Below are positions 8,707 to 17,804 of a stretch of 26,928 bases of DNA, one piece after another. Position numbers and translations under genes: made by a program. The notes beneath the pieces were generated by a model that saw only the letters and a list, made by a program, of their open reading frames with translations, was not told the DNA's origin and did not search any database. The DNA is from Chthoniobacteraceae bacterium (GTDB taxonomy: Bacteria; Verrucomicrobiota; Verrucomicrobiia; Chthoniobacterales; Chthoniobacteraceae), in contig JANNWY010000302.1 of NCBI GenBank assembly GCA_031409335.1, positions 1-26,928 on the forward strand, read 5' to 3'. Each line of letters starts with the position of its first letter. The stretch's first letter is position 1.

Positions 8707-8955
8707 GTGAAAACCAAAGGATTGTTTCAACTGATCAAGAAAGCGTTTCGTGCCGAACCGCCGCTGCACCCTGTCGAGCAGAAAATGGCGAAACGCTGGA
8801 TCAAACAGCGCCTCGTTGCGGTCTTTCCCGAACTGCGCAAAGACCCCGTCGCTCTGGAGCGGGCCTATCAATCGCTGAGTCTCGATGCGCGACCGGGCAC
8901 GGAAGAGGGTGACGGAGAGACTGTGTTCGAGATGAGCGCGCCCTGGATTTCGTAG
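8707..8955 (+). CDS. Small hypothetical protein
   Basis: GTG at 8707 in the 8605-8955 frame. Fills the gap between same-strand genes and has protein-like composition. Confidence 0.6.
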   Translation: MKTKGLFQLIKKAFRAEPPLHPVEQKMAKRWIKQRLVAVFPELRKDPVALERAYQSLSLDARPGTEEGDGETVFEMSAPWIS

Positions 8956-9024
8956 CGGCAGCGATCCCGATAACGCCAGCGGCGGACGGGCACACCGCGT
9001 GCTTTTCTCAGGTGGCTGGCGTTC

Positions 9025-10488
9025 ATGGCATCCACACTTCCAACTGAAAATCCGGGCAAAACTGCTGCGACAGGCGCTCGCGGCGCAGCCACCGCGGCGG
9101 TGCCACAGCGCGGTGCTGCGGATCTCGAAAAGGCGCTGATCTCCATCCGGCAGGCGCGCGATGGGTTGATTTCGCGAAACCTCGAACTGAGCAGCAAACT
9201 GGCCGTCGCCGCGGATCGCGTTTCGGAACTCGAATACGAGCGCGAGGTGGCGGAGCAGGAGCGGGACGCATCACTTCAGCTCGCGCAGGATGTTTCCCGG
9301 CAAAGCGACGAACTGCGGGAATCCGTGCAGGCGCTGACGGAGGAAAACACGCGTCTCCAGGCCGCGGAAAGGGAAGCCGGGCAGGCGGCGCTCGCGGCGG
9401 TGGCTGGCAGCGAATCGCAGGGGCCGGGGGACGTTGCCGAAATCGAGGAACTCCGCCGCAAGGTGGCCGATCTGGAATCGACGAATCTCTTAAACAACAC
9501 TCAGCAGACGAAGCATAGCGGCACGCTGACGGTCCAGTTGACGGCGGCGCAGCGGGCGCGGGATATCGCGGTCGGCGCTGTCACCAACGCGCAGCGGCAA
9601 ATCGAACGGCTCGCTTCGGAGGGCAAGGACTTGCGGGCGCGCGTGGAGGCGGATCAGGAGATGTTCAAGGCGCGCATCGCGCAGCTCGAAGCCCAAATCC
9701 CGGTGAGCGCGCCCGATCCCGCGGAAGCAGTGGTGGACGCGAGCTTCGTCGATCCGCTCGCGTCGATCGTGAGTGGCGGTGTGCGTGCGGAGGCTGAGTT
9801 GATCGACGGGTGTGTGAAGACACTGACCGGAGATCATTGGAATACCGCGCTGCTCGCCGAACTCGATGAACGTTTTCGTGGATACGCAGCCAGCGCGGGT
9901 GGGCTCGGCTACTCAGGCGTTGCGCGGTTTTCGTCGGCCTGCGGCGAGCTGACGCGCTGGCTGTGCAAGACGCCGCGCAAGGTGGAGGAGACGCTCCAGT
10001 CGCTGATCGACGCCTCCGCATTGCTACTGGAAATCTCCGCCGACGGGCGGCCCGAACAGGTCGCGGATCTCGCGGGTGCGGTGATCTTTTCCGTGGATGA
10101 TGATGGCGACAATTGCGAGTGCATCGCGATGTCGCTCGAGAAATCCGCGTTGCGGACCAAGTATGCGCTGAAGTCTGAAACCGCTCTCGTCGAGTTGGAC
10201 AAGTTGGTTTGCGATCTCATCATCCTCGATGTGGACATGCCCGATATGAATGGCTTCGAGCTGTTCGACCGCATTCGCGCGATGACGCGCCATCGCGAAA
10301 CGCCGGTCATTTTTCTGAGCGGATTGATGAGCACGCGGGATCGCATGGAGTCGCTTCCCGGAAACAACCAGACCTTCATCGCGAAGCCCTATAATCTGAA
10401 CGAACTCGGAGTCATCGTGCTCGGGAAAATCCTCAAGGCACGGCTCGCGAACTACGTCTGTCCCGCCGCTACTTTGAAAATCGTTTGA
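9025..10488 (+). CDS. Response regulator: N-terminal coiled coil, Hpt-like helical segment, C-terminal receiver domain
   Basis: Receiver motifs SVDDD, LIILDVDMPDMNGFEL, PVIFLS, IAKP. Heptad-rich N-terminal half. Confidence 0.85.
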   Translation: MASTLPTENPGKTAATGARGAATAAVPQRGAADLEKALISIRQARDGLISRNLELSSKLAVAADRVSELEYEREVAEQERDASLQLAQDVSRQSDELRESVQALTEENTRLQAAEREAGQAALAAVAGSESQGPGDVAEIEELRRKVADLESTNLLNNTQQTKHSGTLTVQLTAAQRARDIAVGAVTNAQRQIERLASEGKDLRARVEADQEMFKARIAQLEAQIPVSAPDPAEAVVDASFVDPLASIVSGGVRAEAELIDGCVKTLTGDHWNTALLAELDERFRGYAASAGGLGYSGVARFSSACGELTRWLCKTPRKVEETLQSLIDASALLLEISADGRPEQVADLAGAVIFSVDDDGDNCECIAMSLEKSALRTKYALKSETALVELDKLVCDLIILDVDMPDMNGFELFDRIRAMTRHRETPVIFLSGLMSTRDRMESLPGNNQTFIAKPYNLNELGVIVLGKILKARLANYVCPAATLKIV

Positions 10489-12991
10489 AGCGCGTGCCGT
10501 CGAGCGTTCGGGTCCCGGACCCGCCGAAGCGGATGTCCAGTGCGGCTGGCCCGGTCGCGGTGGCCGCGACGTTCATCCGATGCAGGCCTTTGGCAAGGTG
10601 GACGGGCACGAACCACCACGCTTTTCCGCGCGGCCAAGTTTGGACGGATCCGTTGATGGCAAACGATTGAATCGTCGCGGTCCCGGTGATTTGGAATTGG
10701 TAAACGTCGTCCTCGGGGACCTCGAACCAGCCTTCGACTGAAAACTCATCGCCGTTTTCCACGCCCGCCTTGGTGAGCCAGTCGCCCGCCGCGCGAGTCG
10801 CGCCAACCGGCGCGCGGGTGCCGGTTCGCACTTCGATTTCATCCACCAGTTTGCGATTGGCGGGAATCGTCTGCGCGCGCAGCGGGGCAGGGGGGACAAT
10901 CGTGATATCCAGCGGTTTTCCGATGATCTGCTTCAGCCCCGGCCCATCGCGAAGCGCCACCGGCACCAGCCGCACCGGACCCTGCCCGAGCGTGCGCGGG
11001 TCGATTTTCACCGTACCGGAGTCGCCGGTGATTTTCGCCAGCGTGCGCACGTTTGCCAAAACCACGATTTCTTTCGCGCCCGGTTGGGTGATGGCGATTT
11101 CGATCGGGCGATCCCAGGCGCGTTCACGTCCGCCGGGCGCGGTCATGGTCAGCACTTCGCTCGTATTCCGGATTTCCACGGGGACGATCAGCCGGCCTTG
11201 CGAGGCGACCGTGTCCGCCGCGGTGGCGACGATCGTAATATCGTGAGCGCCATCCGGCACGCCGCGCGTGTCCCAGTCAAATGTGCCTCCAGCCTTCACG
11301 ATGTGCGCCCGTTTTCCGTCGATGTAGAGTTCGAAAATCCCCGCGCGGATGTTGTCAGGCGAAGTGGCCGTTGGCGTGATCTTCACGGTGCCCTTCAATT
11401 TGTCGCCGCTGCCGAGGTCGCTGGTCTTTACCACCAGCCGCCGGCCCCACGGTTTGCACAGCGCGTCGCCGACGATGAGCAGTTGATACGGTCCGGAGAG
11501 CGATTGGTAAAATGCTTCACCCAGCGTGCAGCCTTGCGCGTAGAAGCTGTGGATGAACGGCGTCGGAAATTTTTGCTGGATCGCGAATGGCTCGGACACG
11601 GTCCCCGATGCGCCAGCCGCGCCGTTGCGGATGAATTCCGTGAGCGGCGTCTGCGGATCGTTTTCCCCCATCATCCCGCCGCAACTGGTGAGGTGCTCGC
11701 AAATCGCGCCGGGTAAAATCCGGCTCTTGCTCGCCGCCCAGTTGAAGCCCTCCGACCCGACGGTGGTGCCGATGACGTCAGCTTTTTCCTGCGGCAGCAC
11801 GCCGTCTTCGATCACGGCTTTCACGCCGAGCGATTTCAACTTTTCCACCGCGGAGCCAAATCCCCACTCGCGCGTGGTCGAGCGCACGTCGGCGTTTTTC
11901 ATGTAATAGACGGTGCCTTTTGGCATCCGGCTGTCCGCTGAAACGCTGCGCCGCAGCCCGGCGATCGCCTCGCGCACCGAAGTGCCGCGCCCGCTCGTGC
12001 AGGCGAGCACGGTCGAGATGAGGTAGCGACGGCCAGTTTCCGGCGGGACTGGCACACCACTGGGCAGCCAGCTCAATGCGCCGCGAAAGCCCGCCGCGGG
12101 TTGCGGCTCGAATTTGATCTCACGAGTGCGGGCGAGAAATTGTTCAAAGTCGGGACGTCCGCGCAGCGGCGACAAATCCGCGTCCGCCGCCGCGTTTCGC
12201 ACTTCCCACCAGCCGGTGTCGAGGGCGCGCTGCAAGGAACGGATCGCATCCTCGGGCCGGCCGGCGAGCGAGAGCGCGCAGCCGAGATTGTAGTTTAGCT
12301 CCGCGGCGTTGGGATGTTTCTCACGCAGTTTCTCCATCGTTCCGATCAGTTCGCGCAGCGTCGAAAGCAGCGTTTCCGTGGCAGCGGGATCGGGCTTCAC
12401 GCGCAGCTCCGCCGTTTTTTTCCCGCACTCCTGAATCTTTGCCGAGGTGCGCCGGTAGAGTTCCATGTCTTCGCCGGTCCACGCGGTTTTCTCCGGCGGC
12501 AGCGCGGCACGCCGATAGTAGTAGTTTGATCCGAGATCCATGCTCCCGGGCGATTTCAAGCCGACGGCCTGGTAGAGAAAAGTGAGGCCATTGATGGAAC
12601 CGAATGGCGTCAGAGCCTGCGGGAGTTTCTCCTGCCCGATGTCGCCGGAGAGCGGGATCATCGTCGGAAAATCCGCCGAATAGAGGATGGCATCCGTCTG
12701 CGGAGAGAGCCCGCGGGCGTCGAGCGTTTGCAAAATCGGGCCGAGGATTTTCGTGCGGAAATCCTCGACCGGCATCGACTCGAAACTCGGCAGGTCGGAA
12801 ATGTAGATGATGTTCCACGGCGGAATGCCGCGGGCATGGATGTATTCGTTGGCGACGGTGTGCGATGCCCAACTGTCCGCGTTCACGACGATGACGGTAT
12901 TCTCCGGCCCGCCAAATGCCGCTGCTGTCGCACAGAAGATGGCCGCGAGCGCGAGGCCGCCCCGGTGCCGGGACGCGCTGGGAAAGCTCAT
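10469..12991 (-). CDS. Secreted TIGR03790-like protein with a TPR-like insert and Ig-like / PA14-like C-terminal domains
   Basis: Signal peptide; IVVNADS...YIHARGIP, GAAGASGTVSEPFA, GCTLGEAFY, IVGDAL; YNLGCALSLAG (TPR-like); WDTRGVPDGAHDI (Ig-like). Confidence 0.65.
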   Translation of the reverse strand: MSFPSASRHRGGLALAAIFCATAAAFGGPENTVIVVNADSWASHTVANEYIHARGIPPWNIIYISDLPSFESMPVEDFRTKILGPILQTLDARGLSPQTDAILYSADFPTMIPLSGDIGQEKLPQALTPFGSINGLTFLYQAVGLKSPGSMDLGSNYYYRRAALPPEKTAWTGEDMELYRRTSAKIQECGKKTAELRVKPDPAATETLLSTLRELIGTMEKLREKHPNAAELNYNLGCALSLAGRPEDAIRSLQRALDTGWWEVRNAAADADLSPLRGRPDFEQFLARTREIKFEPQPAAGFRGALSWLPSGVPVPPETGRRYLISTVLACTSGRGTSVREAIAGLRRSVSADSRMPKGTVYYMKNADVRSTTREWGFGSAVEKLKSLGVKAVIEDGVLPQEKADVIGTTVGSEGFNWAASKSRILPGAICEHLTSCGGMMGENDPQTPLTEFIRNGAAGASGTVSEPFAIQQKFPTPFIHSFYAQGCTLGEAFYQSLSGPYQLLIVGDALCKPWGRRLVVKTSDLGSGDKLKGTVKITPTATSPDNIRAGIFELYIDGKRAHIVKAGGTFDWDTRGVPDGAHDITIVATAADTVASQGRLIVPVEIRNTSEVLTMTAPGGRERAWDRPIEIAITQPGAKEIVVLANVRTLAKITGDSGTVKIDPRTLGQGPVRLVPVALRDGPGLKQIIGKPLDITIVPPAPLRAQTIPANRKLVDEIEVRTGTRAPVGATRAAGDWLTKAGVENGDEFSVEGWFEVPEDDVYQFQITGTATIQSFAINGSVQTWPRGKAWWFVPVHLAKGLHRMNVAATATGPAALDIRFGGSGTRTLDGTRFKRFSK

Positions 12992-12992
12992 G

Positions 12993-14204
12993 TCACATCC
13001 GCTCCTCGACCACCGTCTTCTTCCCGCGCGGCCAATTCTTCACCTGCTCCTTCGCCGCTTCGACTTTTTCGGCGGATTGATTGCACAGGACGACGCCGGT
13101 GAGCGCGGTGAGCTGGTAGTGGCGGACGATGAATTTTTTCTTCGCGCGGTCGCCCTCGATCTCGATGCGCGTCGGCGGCTTCGTGCAATCGCCCACAAAA
13201 TCGAAATGCAAATCGAACACCGTGCTCGCATGGTGCGGCGTCCATTCCCACTTGATGCGCTTCTTGCCCGTCATATTCGCGCCCGCCGTGTGGCCTTGCG
13301 CGATGGCGCTGGCCCAGTGCTCGATCCGGCGCTGGCCGCCGAAAATCTTGTCCGGGAACGATGCGATGTCGCCGACTGCGTAGAAGCCCTTCTCGTCGCT
13401 TTCAAGGTAGTCGTTCACCGGCGTGCCGTGCGGGTAGGCAAGCGGCGTGTTCGCCACCAGCGCGAGATTCGGCTCGACGCCGATCGCCACCACCGCGACT
13501 CCCGCCGAGAAGCGGTTCCCGCTTTTCGTCTGAATATTCTTCAGCGCCGTCCGCCCTTCAAAGCCGTTGATCTGCTCATTGAGCATCAGCTTCACGCCGT
13601 GCTGCGCAAAGTAAGCCGAGAGCCACGCCGCCGTTTCCTCATCGAGAAAACGCCCCCAGATACTCCGCCCGCGGTGCAGCAGCGTGACCTGCGTTTTTTT
13701 GAAACCGACGAGCGCCGCCGCCGCTTCCGCCGCCAGCAAGCCGCCGCCAATGATTGCCACATGGGGCTCCAGTTCCACCACTTCGCGGAGCGCCTGCACG
13801 TCGCGCAGCGAGCGCGGGTAAAAGACATTGCCGATCGCGACCCCCGCCACCTGGGGACGGCGCGGGCGGCTGCCCGTGGCCATGCACGCTTTGCGGAATT
13901 CGACCGCCTGGCCGTTGCCGAGCACGGCAAGGTGGCGTTCGAGATTGATCTGCGTCACCAGCGTGTCGAGCCGCAGATCGACACGGTATTTTTCATACCA
14001 TTCCGCTGCGTGCGTCTGGATCTTTTCGACGGGTTGGGGAGTTTTGCCGAACTGCGATTTCAGCAGTTGCGGACGGTGGTACGGATGGAATGCCTCGGCG
14101 CCGACGAGCATGACTGTGCCCTTCTTGTCGTGTTCACGAATTCCTTCGCAAACGCTGGCGCCGCCGACACCCGCTCCGACGATAAGGTAATCGCGACGAA
14201 TCAT
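12993..14204 (-). CDS. FAD/NAD(P)-dependent oxidoreductase (ferredoxin-reductase-like)
   Basis: IVGAGVGG, PYHRPQL, ATGS, IIGGGLLAAE, YAVGDIA, RRIEHW. Confidence 0.9.
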   Translation of the reverse strand: MIRRDYLIVGAGVGGASVCEGIREHDKKGTVMLVGAEAFHPYHRPQLLKSQFGKTPQPVEKIQTHAAEWYEKYRVDLRLDTLVTQINLERHLAVLGNGQAVEFRKACMATGSRPRRPQVAGVAIGNVFYPRSLRDVQALREVVELEPHVAIIGGGLLAAEAAAALVGFKKTQVTLLHRGRSIWGRFLDEETAAWLSAYFAQHGVKLMLNEQINGFEGRTALKNIQTKSGNRFSAGVAVVAIGVEPNLALVANTPLAYPHGTPVNDYLESDEKGFYAVGDIASFPDKIFGGQRRIEHWASAIAQGHTAGANMTGKKRIKWEWTPHHASTVFDLHFDFVGDCTKPPTRIEIEGDRAKKKFIVRHYQLTALTGVVLCNQSAEKVEAAKEQVKNWPRGKKTVVEERM

Positions 14205-14276
14205 GTCGCGGCTCTCTTATCCTCGCGATGTGTGTTTCTGCTAGAAAATTGTTCGCCTTGAACGAAATAAGGCGAT

Positions 14277-15944
14277 TTAGGGCTCGAACCGGCTGTCCGT
14301 CAGCGTCTTGAGGAATGCCACCAGCGCCTCCCGGTCGGCGGCGCTCAGACCCAGGCCAGCCGCGGGATGTTTGCCGAGATTCGGATCGAGTGAAGGCGTG
14401 CGCGTGATGCCGTGGTCGTAGTGTTCGAGCACTTCCTCCAGCGTCGCAAAACGTCCGTCGTGCATGTATGGCGCGGTGCGCGCGACGTTGCGCAGCGAGG
14501 GCGTGGCGAAGCGGCCTGGCTCGTGCGCGAGGCCATTGTTGCGCAGGGTGTGATCGGTGAAAAGCGCGCCGCCGTGGCAGTGGAAACAGTCCGCTCCGAA
14601 TTGCCGCTGGCGCGGATCGTATTCGGTGACGAACAGCTCGAAGCCGCGCTTCTCCGCGTCGTCGAGCACCGCTTCACCGCGCAGGGAACGGTCGAACTTT
14701 GAATCGAACGAAGTCAGCGTGAGCATGAAGGCTTCGAGCGCGACGCCGATTTTTTCGGGGGTGATTTCGGCTGTGCCAAAAGCGGTCGCGAACGCGGTCG
14801 CGATCGTTTTGTCCCGAACGAGTTTTTCCACGACATCCGCAAGCGACGCATGCATTTCGATCGGATTTTGAATCGGCTCCAAAGCCTGCGCGCGGAGCGA
14901 GGGCACCCGCCCATCCCAGAAAAATTCCTTCTTCCACGCGAGATTGAAAAGCGGCATCGCGTTGCGCGTCCCGGCTTTTTCATCCACGCCGACACTGAAG
15001 CGGCGCGGGTCGGCGAACGCGAATTTTTGCTGATGACACGTGGCGCACGATTGCCGGTCGTCGCGCGAAAGCCGTGCGTCGTGAAAGAGTCGGCGACCGA
15101 GTTCCACGCGTTCGTTTGTGAGCGGAAAATCCGCGGGCAATTCCGGCAGCGGAAATCCTTTCGCGACTTGGAAGCGATACGGCGTGCCGATGAGCGGCGT
15201 GGTCGAGCCCGCGGCGGCGGGCAGGGCGGCGTCCTTTTCCGTGGGCCGGATCGCGCGCAGCGTGAAGGCGGACTCGACCTGCGTTTTCAACCGCGCGGCC
15301 AAAGTATCGCCTTCGCGCGAGTGCGTCGAAGTCTGCTCGCGTGGCGAGACGTTCTTGAAAAGACGATCCACGTGAAAGTCGATTTCCACCGTCGTGTCGC
15401 GCGCGAGATCAATCGCGGCGGGCAGCGTCGCCGTCATGCGATTCGCCGCGTCGGCGAGATGATACGAGTAGCCGAGCGCGTCCGCGTTTCCCTCGATCGC
15501 AAGATACACAAAGCCGCCCGTCCAGCCCCAGTGCAGGCCGTTCACCAGCGGATTCAGCGCGTGACGCGGCGGAAAAATTCCGGGATCGGATTTGTCGGTT
15601 GCGGCATCGGGACCGACGCAAAATTTCAACGCATCGAACGCGCGCCGGGGCAGGCCGCGCAGTTCTTGAATGGCGTCGCCTTTCGTCGCATCGCAAAATG
15701 CGAACCAATCCCGATTCGCGAGCCACGGAGAGTCGCCGGTCGCTTTCACCGAAGGCTCGGCGAGCAGGTAGGCGAGGCGCGAAACGGAGAGGCGTTCGCC
15801 CGACGCGGCGGCAAGCGTCGGCTGCCCGAAAACCAGCGGCTTGCCGTCGAACAGGTGATGAATGACGAGCGTGAGGCGTGACGTTTCCTCCGCGAATGTG
15901 CGCGCGACAAGCGCCAGAAACATCGCGGTGCAAATCGCTTTCAC
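14277..15944 (-). CDS. MbnP-like domain fused to a di-heme cytochrome c peroxidase (MbnH/MauG-like)
   Basis: N-terminal half has HWGWTGGF (WxW) and a signal peptide. C-terminal half has LGRRLFHD, CATCH, FFWDGR, CFHCH, TPSLRNV..TAPYMHDG. The GTG start overlaps the upstream TGA. Confidence 0.85.
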   Translation of the reverse strand: MKAICTAMFLALVARTFAEETSRLTLVIHHLFDGKPLVFGQPTLAAASGERLSVSRLAYLLAEPSVKATGDSPWLANRDWFAFCDATKGDAIQELRGLPRRAFDALKFCVGPDAATDKSDPGIFPPRHALNPLVNGLHWGWTGGFVYLAIEGNADALGYSYHLADAANRMTATLPAAIDLARDTTVEIDFHVDRLFKNVSPREQTSTHSREGDTLAARLKTQVESAFTLRAIRPTEKDAALPAAAGSTTPLIGTPYRFQVAKGFPLPELPADFPLTNERVELGRRLFHDARLSRDDRQSCATCHQQKFAFADPRRFSVGVDEKAGTRNAMPLFNLAWKKEFFWDGRVPSLRAQALEPIQNPIEMHASLADVVEKLVRDKTIATAFATAFGTAEITPEKIGVALEAFMLTLTSFDSKFDRSLRGEAVLDDAEKRGFELFVTEYDPRQRQFGADCFHCHGGALFTDHTLRNNGLAHEPGRFATPSLRNVARTAPYMHDGRFATLEEVLEHYDHGITRTPSLDPNLGKHPAAGLGLSAADREALVAFLKTLTDSRFEP

Positions 15945-17713
15945 AGAATCGTGAATCCGCCCGAGAGCGTGTACGTCGGCGCGGGCGCGAATGTGACGAC
16001 CACATTTTGCGCGCCGGTCGGAGCGCCCGCGGGGATCACGAATGTCGCCACGACCGTGCCCTGCGTCGGACGTGAAATCGACGCGCCGGCAATCGTTCCC
16101 GCGAGCGTGACGCTGGTGGGCACGAGATTCGCGGGCGGCTGCGGCGGAGTCGTGGGCAGCGTGATCGTGATCGTCACCGTCGCGCCGCGCGCCGCGCTCC
16201 CGCCCGGCGCGACGGAGTTCCCGCCACCGCCGCCTTGCGAGTAGTTGAAGCCATTCGCGTCAAACGTCGCCAGCGCGGTGCGCGTCACTTTGTAGAAACG
16301 CATCGGGTTGCTCGTGGCCGCGCCGTTTTCCGTCCAGCTCGCCGCATCGTCCGCAGGCGTCACGGTCGGTGTCAGCGGGGAAAATGCGGTCGTCAGATTC
16401 GCGGTCGCGGCGACTTGATACGTGCCACCTTCCACCGCGCTCCACGTGAGCGTCACATTTCCGCTCACCGCCACCGCAGGCGCGGAAGTCCACGTCGCGA
16501 CTTTGTTCGGCCCGCCTTGGAAATAAGTCGTGACCGTTTCCGCGATCGTCGTCGTGCCGCCAGTCGGGCTGCCGAAATACTGCCGGCCCGTCGTGTAGGG
16601 ATACGCCGGCGTGCCATTGGCATTGATCGTCGTGAAGTAGGCATACGTGCCCGCCGGAAATTCCGGCGTCACGCAGAAGCGGACGTTTTGCTCGTTCAGA
16701 TCGAAGGTCGTGCCTTGCGTGAAACCGAGGTCGCCGAGGTAGTCGAAGTCCTCGATGTAATGGCCGAGCAGGTAAGTCGCGTTCACGGCGGGGCCGTACT
16801 GCGTGGCGGTGAGCGTCGTTCGATTTTGAATACGCTGCGCCCACGCGGGCAGCGAGACGCGTCCCGTCGCGGCGAGATTGGTCGTGCCGCTCGCGCCATT
16901 GCGCAGGACGAATCCCGAAATCATCCGCCGCGCCGCGCTGCCTGCATCGAGCGCGTCCGCGAATCCGTACGGCCCGTAAACCGGCAGCCCATCCGCCGCC
17001 CACGCGACGATCGGCGAATGTTTCGTCACCGGCGCGATGCTCTCCGCGTAGCGATTCGTCGTCGCGTTGTAATCGACGTGATCGCCGAGCTGATGGCGCA
17101 GCGCGATCGGTTGCGCGTGGTAGTGGTAGTTATTCCCGGCCTGATGCGCGAGGCCGGGATCGAAAGTCACGCCTTCATTGTGATACCCGTCGCGATTCCA
17201 GATGCCATCGCCCGTGAGTCCGTTCACTGGCGTCGCATCAGTGGCGCTCGCGTTCCGGTAGGAAAACGCGTCGCGCATGTCGAACATCGACACGCCATTC
17301 ACCATCCGCCCCGTCGCCCCGAGCCCGGTGCCCGTCTTCGCCGCCGGGATCGCCAGGGCGCGCGGGATGCGGTAGATCGTCGCGGTGTTCGAGGGAAAGT
17401 TCGGGAAATTTTGCGTCTTCGCTGCGTCGAGATACCACGGACCCATGATGTGTCCGGCGAGTCCCGTGGTGCGGATGTAAACCCAGCTCGCCGAATACAC
17501 GATTTCACTCACGCCCGCGTAAGTCGGATTGCTCTGCACTCCCATGCCGCGGCTCCACGTTTTGGAAACGGTGCCCGCGGTCTCGGCGGCTGTGCTTTGG
17601 TAAAGGCGCGCGTATTGACCCGAGTCGGCGGTGTACCAGGAAGTCAGTTGCGGATCGGCGTGCGCGATGGCGGCGAGTGCGAGGGATGCGAGGAGGGCGT
17701 GGATTTTTTTCAT
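15941..17713 (-). CDS. Secreted YHYH domain protein with C-terminal beta domains
   Basis: NYHYH, HSPIVAWAADGLPVYGPYG, DLNEQNVRFCVTPEFP.GTYAYF; signal peptide. Confidence 0.9.
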   Translation of the reverse strand: MKKIHALLASLALAAIAHADPQLTSWYTADSGQYARLYQSTAAETAGTVSKTWSRGMGVQSNPTYAGVSEIVYSASWVYIRTTGLAGHIMGPWYLDAAKTQNFPNFPSNTATIYRIPRALAIPAAKTGTGLGATGRMVNGVSMFDMRDAFSYRNASATDATPVNGLTGDGIWNRDGYHNEGVTFDPGLAHQAGNNYHYHAQPIALRHQLGDHVDYNATTNRYAESIAPVTKHSPIVAWAADGLPVYGPYGFADALDAGSAARRMISGFVLRNGASGTTNLAATGRVSLPAWAQRIQNRTTLTATQYGPAVNATYLLGHYIEDFDYLGDLGFTQGTTFDLNEQNVRFCVTPEFPAGTYAYFTTINANGTPAYPYTTGRQYFGSPTGGTTTIAETVTTYFQGGPNKVATWTSAPAVAVSGNVTLTWSAVEGGTYQVAATANLTTAFSPLTPTVTPADDAASWTENGAATSNPMRFYKVTRTALATFDANGFNYSQGGGGGNSVAPGGSAARGATVTITITLPTTPPQPPANLVPTSVTLAGTIAGASISRPTQGTVVATFVIPAGAPTGAQNVVVTFAPAPTYTLSGGFTIL

Positions 17714-17804
17714 GGCGGGGTGAAAATGTTTTCTCCCGCAGATGAAACACGACGCCGCTAAACGCAGGTCGCGACCTTCGCTAAATCTTCGTTTATTTCG
17801 CGCG

